A stretch of DNA of 64,000 bases from a virus. The notes under the pieces are model-generated. The model searched no databases. It saw nothing but the letters and a program-made list of their open reading frames with translations, and was not told where the DNA came from. The stretch covers positions 56,913-120,912 of the IMG/VR virus record IMGVR_UViG_3300013426_000015, one strand, 5' to 3'. Of the stretch, positions 28,701 through 37,900 are shown piece by piece; position 1 is the first letter of the stretch, and every line of letters begins with the position of its first letter. Position numbers and translations under genes: made by a program.

Positions 28701-31700
28701 CTACTCCAAGACATCCATTGTCTACACTGAATGCAATTCTTGACCCATATTGGCTTGAAGAAATGCATTATGAGGACAGACCATATCCTGTTACTGGTAA
28801 GATGTTTGAAGAAGGAACCCCTTGGGGCGCAATTCTCAATCCTACTGTTGGAAATCTTCTTAAACCACAGAAGAAGATGCATCAGGAAGTACTACAAGGA
28901 ACTACCGTTGATGTAAGAGCACTTATCAAGAAACGCAATGAAGAGGAACAACGTAAGGCGAATAATAATAGTTATATTCAGCTCGGACCGGACGGTGTTA
29001 CAGCATTAAGAAGACCATATGCGCAATCAGTGTCTGGTGAAGGAGAGTTGCCACCAGATTATAATGTATACTATGATAATGGTTCAGATATTGCGTATTA
29101 TGCTCCGATAGATCAGTCACAAGAACAATCGGTTGGCGATGCTGCTATATATGCTAATAGCAGTATGTCAAATATGACTGGATACTATGGTGCTGTCAAA
29201 AGTGATCTTTCTGCGTTTGACAAAATGCGTGCGTCAAATAATCCGATAGTTTTTGCTGCGTCAAGAGTTATTCCACTTGACCAGATCTCTCTTGTAAATG
29301 AATCCATAAAGCAGAGAAGTGCCGGTGGATATAGAATCTCTGGTTATGACCCACATGGTTTTGTTATAGACACAGACAGATACACTGAAGGAGGGCCATC
29401 ATTTGATCCGACTAAAGAAACTTTTGACAAGAGTGACCTTCTTGAAACACGTTCAGTTGAAGAATGGCTTCATGATGCTTCGTATTCCGCAAAAGAGCTT
29501 GGTGGTATATATGGATTCGCACTCGATCTCGTAGCTCCTCCTAAACAAAGATATGCTATGGCTGATGCCAGTGCCATGTCTTCTTTCTCAGGAAGATTCT
29601 GGGATGAGAACATAGGTGGATCTGGTGGAGACGTCATGGAAATAGCAAGACGTTTCTTCCCACATGAAGACCATTCAGTCACAAGAATCAATAATATACA
29701 GAACACCATGCCATTATGGATCCCAGCCAGATTCCGCGTAGGAGACGCCTATTCGGCGCTTCCTAAAGGTGATATGAGATTCCCTGGAGCTGGTTATGAA
29801 ACACTGAATGAACTGCACCCCGATGATTTCGGACTCTACGGAAGTTTCGATCGATTCAAGATTTTAGCAGATATAGCTCCGTGGTCACAAGAATATAAAG
29901 AGTGGCATAAAATAGCAAAACGCTCTGTACAAGATCCGGAATTACAGAAAGAAATCAAAGAGATAGAAGACAGAGTAGAAAGACAGAATTCAAGACATAC
30001 ATTCTATAATAAAAATTATTCTATAGATACTACCGAGATAAATGGTATTGTTTCAGAAGTCTCGAATAATACATTTAAACTATATGGTTCTGACAAAGAA
30101 TATTCTGTAGCAGGTGTCGATTTAAATTCTGGTCAATCATTATCTGACTTTATGACCGCTGGTGCTGACGTAAAATTAACTGTCAATAAAGAAGATATTG
30201 GCAATAAAACAACAGAAGCTATAGTATTTGACTATTCAAACAATGGAACTAATATAACAAAGTCTATTGTAGATAGTGATGCCGGTACAATAAATAGAGA
30301 CACCGAGATTGGTGTACAGGCATATTCTGATGGCTATTCAGCTTTGAATCATTTAACAGAAACTATTGCTCACGCCCCGATTCCATATATTCATAATAAA
30401 TTCTTGCGAGTTAATACTCCTATGGAAGCCTGGGAGGAAGAAGAATTATATGGCACTTCTTATTCTACATGGAATCATCCTATAGAAGGATTCATTAAAC
30501 CTACTATCAGAAAAACTATGGCAATGGCTCCTCTTGCAGTAGCTGCTAATGTAGCCTTATTTGGAGTATCAAAATATCTTGATGGAACTGATGCCAATGG
30601 ACTTATAAAAGCTGGTATGAAATCAGCAGAGGCACTTACTAACCCTATGGCTTTTGCTGGCGGTTTGGCTTCATCTTTACTTACCATGAATACCAAGTAT
30701 ACTCAGATAGGAGTAGATATAGGTGAAGTCATTGGTCTTGGTGCAATAGCTTATAAGTATTCAGATAATCCTATTATTTCAACAGTGGCAGGAGGACTTA
30801 TAGGCGCGACTGCCGGAACTAAATTCTTCAGATCTGATGCAAGTGAAGCAGGAAAGATAGGAGCAGTCATAGGTCTTGGTATATCCGCTTTGAAGAATGC
30901 TTATTTTGATAAGGACGAGATGTTCGGAGATTACGTACCAGAAGACGCACAAAAACGATGGGATCTTCAAGAGTATTTTGACAGGCTCAAATATATAAAA
31001 TATACTGGATTATATAATGAAGCTGCCCGTAAGGCTAAATCAGAAGAAGGCGTAGATATTGATACCATTCTCAACCAAATGGAGTATATACAGGAAGAGA
31101 ATGAAAAATTACGCAATAAGCTGATTAAACGAAAAGAGTCAGTATTATCGAATGATTTCTTATCTTATTCTGAGCGCGATGAACTTCTTTCAACTATTGA
31201 TGATAAGATAGCTGAATTGCAATATGGCGGAGATAATATAGCAATAGAAGGTGGAGAATATACCCGTGCTGCTATTGCTTATAAAAAAGCCGCTGAATCC
31301 ACTATATATGGATTACAAAAAGATGCTGGATGGTCTGAGATATTAAAAGCACTTCCTAAGAACCATCGTGACTTCTTTATGGAATTTGCTAAAGAGACAG
31401 ATGCAAAGAAACGTGAAGAAATCAGGTCAAAAGTTTCTGACTATGAAAATAAAGTTCTTGATATTGTCTGGAATGAAAACAAATCAAAGATAGAAGATAA
31501 TAAAGAGTATTTTGCAGATCATTATCTTCCAAATATACTATGGCAAGGATGGAAACCAAATGTAAGTCTTGATAATGTAGAAATTAAGACAATAGAGAAT
31601 GAAGGTATGATGCTTTCAGATTTTGGTTTCTATGAATCAAACGCAAACTCATATGAAGTACAACAGACTCCAGGCATAGCTAATTATGAAGAAGAGAGTT

Positions 31701-31885
31701 CTCCGGTAGCGGTAAGAGCAAATCTTATGTCCACATTAAGTGGCTTGGGATTATTCAATGTAGATGTCAGCTTGACTCCATCATCAAGACCTGGATTACA
31801 AATGTTTTCTGAGATCAATAGAATAAATTCATATAACGTAAAAAATAAGATAAACAGCGCATTGGGCTTCAGAGCAATATACTAA
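25736..31885 (+). CDS. Giant virion protein (2049 aa), tape-measure or DNA-ejection candidate
   Basis: Occupies the usual tape-measure position after the chaperones; several Gly/Ala-rich hydrophobic segments; conserved-looking W/P-rich core. Confidence 0.5.
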   Translation: MARRKKDQHKTKRRTSGPLDSIPVIAGAAAAIGITTAALNRYNPSFMSDTLNRAYHALSESAVELKKRSSKGIDIYDVKKAVKKFSESYDNYSAKYNPLTSENSLGRVFLSGSRSKATATNLYKNDVLTDAINELADRFKKKDQTEINKRQFSAINSLLRKDSKMLYNPSTDNLFKFRTNAAKKLGANGLFENDEIDTITNEAIEIARRFNKLDDDGYYNGSLKSVQKFDNELRDGTFHRRTEKIEDEFKKKLYDIDALEKKYGSKRVKKSSNQFAEDILDSTPLTVREVVKKYKDGSLESSRQMDDAIGELSDLLNSKDGERFGDLYWDASLRESADGKLHSYGAIDSMVRKAKSFYDETIVSKVLKIDEIINKQTKPVNISFSGSFNPILEKLINKESDSTLLTDTFLDINGKAFKFNINAVNDDNIFEELTDLSGRIKTVQKNSVAGKSLTKMFGADFDTGRSRGGILDFHESNKMNPVEALVAKFAKFSDPRYGRNEAKTVFDGDLSSTLASITSYEDIEDLYAQYSDINKILKNGYSALDRTSASKLYNSLGSITDPSDNVKHLRSVLNILSEDNESMISDLIDLSSNRDFRLSSSDFSKELKLLASDPAKYLSANHVNSNYIPGQDSSTDAYSILRRALTDEAFLKISGEDSIIDKGSYIQDAIGQGTDSAKKALGSFYSSLYSATFESAKKDIRDIDNISELYEYSMMNVDALIQKDSGAKDTLRELVNDNVSLLQNGFNDKSYYTNEYSDNIFVPNGVSPLDIIKNLNDTEKLKDNAKRFGKQFIAGSGNAEDMTSATFAPFFFTDRLLSGFEQYGLGFSADAYKSTVSLASNIMLKRVLPAAGLLYGLSYLDFESNNFTGSGLKETFLSGIANVDLGVRRITDAAGLSGALRDASVSNPAFSYWSNEQEYQGYDERKEWYESGYSPVRSGRWWSFGSSSEFRGGKISYFTPSYLRRESSNYYDVSVYGSSDEKWKHSWIPTPRHPLSTLNAILDPYWLEEMHYEDRPYPVTGKMFEEGTPWGAILNPTVGNLLKPQKKMHQEVLQGTTVDVRALIKKRNEEEQRKANNNSYIQLGPDGVTALRRPYAQSVSGEGELPPDYNVYYDNGSDIAYYAPIDQSQEQSVGDAAIYANSSMSNMTGYYGAVKSDLSAFDKMRASNNPIVFAASRVIPLDQISLVNESIKQRSAGGYRISGYDPHGFVIDTDRYTEGGPSFDPTKETFDKSDLLETRSVEEWLHDASYSAKELGGIYGFALDLVAPPKQRYAMADASAMSSFSGRFWDENIGGSGGDVMEIARRFFPHEDHSVTRINNIQNTMPLWIPARFRVGDAYSALPKGDMRFPGAGYETLNELHPDDFGLYGSFDRFKILADIAPWSQEYKEWHKIAKRSVQDPELQKEIKEIEDRVERQNSRHTFYNKNYSIDTTEINGIVSEVSNNTFKLYGSDKEYSVAGVDLNSGQSLSDFMTAGADVKLTVNKEDIGNKTTEAIVFDYSNNGTNITKSIVDSDAGTINRDTEIGVQAYSDGYSALNHLTETIAHAPIPYIHNKFLRVNTPMEAWEEEELYGTSYSTWNHPIEGFIKPTIRKTMAMAPLAVAANVALFGVSKYLDGTDANGLIKAGMKSAEALTNPMAFAGGLASSLLTMNTKYTQIGVDIGEVIGLGAIAYKYSDNPIISTVAGGLIGATAGTKFFRSDASEAGKIGAVIGLGISALKNAYFDKDEMFGDYVPEDAQKRWDLQEYFDRLKYIKYTGLYNEAARKAKSEEGVDIDTILNQMEYIQEENEKLRNKLIKRKESVLSNDFLSYSERDELLSTIDDKIAELQYGGDNIAIEGGEYTRAAIAYKKAAESTIYGLQKDAGWSEILKALPKNHRDFFMEFAKETDAKKREEIRSKVSDYENKVLDIVWNENKSKIEDNKEYFADHYLPNILWQGWKPNVSLDNVEIKTIENEGMMLSDFGFYESNANSYEVQQTPGIANYEEESSPVAVRANLMSTLSGLGLFNVDVSLTPSSRPGLQMFSEINRINSYNVKNKINSALGFRAIY

Positions 31886-31890
31886 AATCA

Positions 31891-31912
31891 AGTAATAATA
31901 ATTATATACTAA
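31891..31912 (+). promoter_or_regulatory. AGTAATAATA-N4-TATACTAA candidate promoter
   Basis: The same bipartite motif occurs at 40234-40255. Confidence 0.5.
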
Positions 31913-31934
31913 TTATTCAGAGAGGATTACCTTT

Positions 31935-34900
31935 ATGGCAAAGAAAAAATATAATGGAAGGATCAATTATAAATTATCAGATAATTCACATATAACAAGA
32001 ATTCTGTCCGATGATTATACTATTGATGATAACCCTATCAGACGAATAAAAGATTTAATAAAAAATGATAAAGTATTAAGTAAGATTGCTGGCGGTTCAT
32101 CTGTTTCATCTTTACAGCTTGGAATAGACAGAAGTTTCAAAGATACTTCCGCAAAAGCTGGTAATCCTCTTATGCTTGATTTTATAGATATTGCTATGAA
32201 AACACCTAAGACAAGCACATCAAAAAATATAATGATGACTGCTGTCAATGGTGCTGTCAGATACTCATATCAGAGAACTCCATACAGAACAAATCTTCAT
32301 ACTCTTAACAAGACAATATCCGCTGCGCAAGCCGCAATAAATAAAGGAAACTTTACTGGTATTGTATTTGACCTTGAGACTATAACCGGAAAAAATGAGG
32401 CAGGCAAAGATACTTTTTCGGCTATAACCGAAATCTCTATGCGTGTACTTGACCATAATTTCAAAGAAGCCACATCATCGTTTGGTGGTCAAGATAATGT
32501 AGAAAAAAGTATTCATGCTATTATTGGTCTTAATGAAAAACAAGAGGCAGATATACGCAATATGTTATCTGGATATATGAGTGGCAAAACAAAGTTCAAG
32601 GATCTTACTGAACAGCAAAAAGTCGCTGTACAAGAGATTCTGAACTTCAACGAAGCCACTGTTAAAAATGTTAATTTTCGTGGCATGAACCTTATTCAGA
32701 CAGTAAGTAAAAAATCAAGAGAAGAAATTGAATCTATGATTGATTCTCATACTGGTGCTGAACTTGCTGGTGATGTTGAAAGCGGTTTAAGAAAACTGAG
32801 ACAGTGGCATGACAATTCCAATGCTGAATCAGCCCTCTCATATTTGTCTGATTACATGAATAGCATTAATGGTACGAATACATTTGGTATTGGTGCAAAT
32901 GTACTTGCTTATGATAATAATGTCCTCAGAGCAAGCGGATTAGTTGGAAATTTACCTGCCAACGGATTTATAGATATAACCGAGATATGGAGACAGCATA
33001 CCGCCATTACTGGCAAAGAAACTCGTGGAGGAGCTCAACAGAGTAATATTTTTGCTCAGATGTTCCCTGGAGAAAGTCCAAGTGGAGTCGCACATATTGC
33101 GTCAACAGATACTGAGATGTCTGCGAGAATTGCTGAAACAGAATTGGGAACGTCTTTCTCTGCCGGACTGAAATATAGAGAAAAACAACTCAAGAAACAT
33201 GATTTTGAAGTTGGCGGCATTTATAAAACTCATGACACTATTAGCTCTCCAATTGGTTTCTCGCTTGGTAATGATGGAACCATTATTGCATCAACAGGTT
33301 ATTATAAAGATCCACTTAATCCAGCAAGAAGTGGTGTAAGAGATTATGCTTATCCTATTGGATTAAGCAAAGGATTTTCATATGAATTAGTCGATCATGA
33401 AATAGTAGATCTTACAAACTTGTCTCCAGAACAGACTGATCAGTTAAAGTCTATAATGGGAGATAAGTATGTCGGTGACTCTCAGATTCATATGATTGGT
33501 ATGCGTCCTATTCTTGACTCTAATTCTCCTGAAACAATTGATGGAAGCACTAAGTACTTATTTTTAAATCCTCGTGACTTTGATGCTACTTTAGGTGACT
33601 TCGAAAGAATTGGCACAGTAAGTGAGAAAGATGGCAAAAAGGTTATACAAGGATTATATGGCAATTCTGAAGCACGTATAAAAGATAGTATGAATACTGC
33701 AATTGACTATCACACAACCGAAAAAGCTGTAAGGTCTTTTGAGGATGCGCCATATAAAACACTTTCTGATTTTAATTTATATTATCAGGGGCATCAAGGA
33801 TCAATAAAAGAATTATCTGCCGCAATAGCTACTGGTGATATTAGTCAGATCAATGCCGCCAGAGCTAAAATTGCTACAGAAATGCGTGTTACATATTCTG
33901 CCGCTGGCAAATCTAATGCTCCAGAACTTGCTGATAAACTCGCATATGCTAGCGAAAGACTTGAATCATTACTTCCGTTATATGATGAATTCAATACTAT
34001 CGCTGCAAGCAACGGTATAGATGGATCAACAGATAAAGACGCCACATTCAAAAAGACACTCGATTATTTTGCTGATAGTCTCAGTTACGTATCTTCTGAT
34101 GGAACAAGAACATCCGTTTCATCTAGTAGAATTAAGCCTTTAGATAGCGAATCTTTAACACTGCATTTACCCGGATTAGCTCGTCCCGGTGCGACAAGTG
34201 ATGCGATGACTATAGGTTTTGGTCAGAATTTTGACAGATATAAGCTTGCTGAAAAACTAAATAGATTATCAGATAAGAAAAAGACCGGCGTTGCCTATGC
34301 TGATGAAGTGTCTGACATAAATATGCTCAGGAAATTTGTGTCATCATTAACTGATATAAAATCATATGATGGTGTTGCAAAAGATGACATAACTGCAATA
34401 TCAAACTCTCTCGTTAAACATGGTTTAATGCGAGAGGGGACTTTTAAGAAAAAAGGCGCAAGCAAAACTGTCTATTCTCCATCTGATTTATTCAATCCTC
34501 AGTTATCTATAGATGATATGCTTGATATGATAAAAGACGGATATTCTCAGGAAGAACTTGATTATCTGAAAACACAAAGTCGTGGAGACATATTATCTTC
34601 AGTTATTTATGATGCACTTAATGATAGTGGAATAAGAAGTAAATCAACGACTCAAAGAATGATTCCGTTTATCTCTCCTGATAGTTCCAATGGCACTTTC
34701 TTAAAACAAGGAAACAGACCTATTAAAACAATTGAAGATATGTTAGATGCTTTCAGAAATGCTTATAAAGTAAGTGGAACAGTAAAAACACAAAGCTCTA
34801 ATTACTTCTTTTCAGCGAAAACAAATGGCAAAACAGCGGCTGTAAATGCTATATATGGTGCACTTGTTGATGATCCGTTCAAAGGCACAAAGTTTAAAGA

Positions 34901-37900
34901 GTTTCTTGAGACAAGAGGATTTTCTGCCAAAGAAATAGCAGATAAGGCTACCGCAATACAAACATCTGCTACAGAATATAGAAGTTATATAGAAGATATG
35001 GTATCTTCTTATCTTGATGAAGGGTTCCAATTCCAGATTACAGATCATGGTGTACAAGTCAGAGATCCAATGACTGATTGGCAGGATCTTGTTTTACCAA
35101 GAATGCGTATGTCAGACAATGGCACCGCGTATTGGCAAATGGGCTCAAAAGATATGATTATAAATACCCATGCTGTATTCGATGGTTATGGCGGCAAAAT
35201 TGTTCTTCATTCTGATTTTCAAAAAGACGGTTTCAGACGTTCAAGCAAGCGTTCGATTGTAAGAGAACAAGCCAGAGGAAATAATGTAACTGCGCAAACA
35301 CTTATAAACCAAGTAAGCTATGATATGAGAAGTGTATTTAGTGATACTCCCGATGCTTTCTCAAAATCAGAATCAAGCAAATATGTTTCTGGTGGAGTGC
35401 TTGATATTGTTAGCCTTGCTGATCATATGTTTTCTCTTACAGATGAAGAAAGCTTAGATTCATCCGGATTCTTAAATAAATACAGAGCAAATCACAGAGG
35501 CAGATATGACGAATTAAAAGCGGCTTATATTAAAGGTAAGAAATCACGCGGCGACCAGAAAATTGAAAAAGTAGCTGATCTTGGCATGGAATTCTATGAA
35601 CTGTTTACCGCTGAATCAGATTCGTTATTTGACTCAATAGCCGAAGGCACAAGTGATCCAGATACTAAAAACCTGATTAAACATATATCTGCTTCTGCTA
35701 CTCAGGAAAAACTGATGGACAGAGGTATGTATGTTGTTAATGCGCCGCGATATGACACTCCTTTATCTAATTTTTTAAACCAGAAACGTAATACTGGTTA
35801 TCAGAACGCAAAAGCTCCTATACCATTAAATTTAGAAAAAATGAAAGCTATAGGTGCTAAAGAATACAGAACTATAGAGAGTGATTCAACTTTAAGAGCT
35901 CACGAAGCATTGGCAAACAAGGGTCTTGTAACCTCTGCAAGAATTGATGTTGCGCACCTTAGCCAAGAAGAATATAATAAAATAATATCTACCGCACAGC
36001 TTGGAGATATATCTAAGACATATGGAGATGACACATATGCCAAAGCACTTGAAATTCTCAATACTGTAAACCTTGAGAATGATGGTTCGTTTATAACAAC
36101 TGAGTTCGCTAATGCTCTCCCAGTATCTGATGTAAATAATAAAATGATCGATGTTGTCAATAAAGGACTATATAGAATAGAAGGTCCTACTGGTGATAAA
36201 ACCAGGAAAATTGACGCCATTGATATGATACCAAAAATTACAATAAACTCTAATGGTTCAATTGATGTCAAGTATTCAAAAGAGTTCTATGTTAAACAGG
36301 GCAGTACAATGGTCATGTTTGACAGAGATGAGTCTGTATCTAAAGGAACTCTAAAGATTGGAGCAAAAGAGAAGACTAAACGTAATGCTATTGGTTCATT
36401 TAGATATTATGATGAAAATAATATAGAGATCAGTGAAAAAGATGTTGCTCAAGCAATAAGTGAAATTGGCATAGATGTCTTTACCGGCAGAACTCAGGAT
36501 GAACAGGCTGAACTTGCTGCCAGACTTCTCAAAGAGAAGAAAGGCATTACAATGAAATTTAAGCTCGAAGATATACGCCTTGCTAATAAAGTAGGTTTCG
36601 GAGAAGAGAAAAGCTATGCTACATCATTAACAATGTCTGTTGGCGCGTCAAAAGAAATGCGAGACATTCTTGATAAATATCGCAATACGCAAAAAGGTAA
36701 CAATGATATTATCGAATCTATTATTGGAGTTACTATACGTGATGATGCCTTTGATGTCATTGCAAGGCAAATAGGAATGGCTGATTCTGATGTTGCGGTA
36801 TTTAAGAGAATAATGCATTCGCCTACGGATATTTTGCATGGTATACTTAAAGGTACTTCTGCTGAAAACGCCCATATGTTTACCAATATAGGCGAACTTA
36901 AGCATGAAAGCGTAGAATCCAATGTCGCTTTGATGTCAGAAAGAATCATGAGAGACTTTAAAGAAAAGGGCGCCTCAGATGAAGAGATCACAAAATTCTT
37001 CAGCAGTGTACTTGATGGCAAAGCAATATATGATCCTAAGAAAGGAATTCTTCAGCTCACTGACGAAAAAGTAGAACGAATAAATTCAGATATACTTATT
37101 AAAAAGTATGATGAGATAACCAAAAATGAAAGAGCAAATGACATTATAACTACCACTGTTTCTGTCAATGCCGCAAAAGACTGGTCTGCTAGTAAATTCT
37201 CAGGACACATTGCCAAAGAACTATCTGACAATGAGCAGCTATATAAATCTGGTGCAATAAGTAGAGATACTGCCATAAGAAGAGAACGAGACATCAGACT
37301 CAAATACTCTGATGAATTCTTTGGTGGAGTAAAAGTCTCTAATCAGGAACTTGAAGTAATTGGCAGACAAAGATATAATGATGCGACTTTAAGTCCATTT
37401 ATCGGCGCGAAAAGTCAAGACACTTTTGTTTCTAAAACACAAGAAGCACTTGAGAGAAAAGGCGTATTATCAAAAGTCAATGGTAAATATGAATTAGCTG
37501 AATCCGGTCGTGATCAGATGATTTATTCAGGTGCATATTCTGATTATAGCAAAACTATGCTTAATGGATACGACTATGAAATGAAATCATCTCGTTATTC
37601 ACGTGCGTCTTTGGATAAAGCCGAGGCAAAAGATATTGTTGATGATTACACTGGTAAGATTCGCACTTTCAATCAACACAATTCTGTAATACAAAAACAG
37701 ATAATTGATGATGGCGACTTTAATGTAGTCAAAGCTTCTGATATAATACCTGCTATTGGAGATGCTCAAGAAGAAGCTACTAAGCTACCTAATAACCCAT
37801 ATGTAAATGATATGGTGGTCGATCTTGGCGAAGGTTTTGGTGGTGATTTCAGCAATGATAGGTACGTTGCAATAAAAGGTATTGACCCTAAGTTTTTCAA

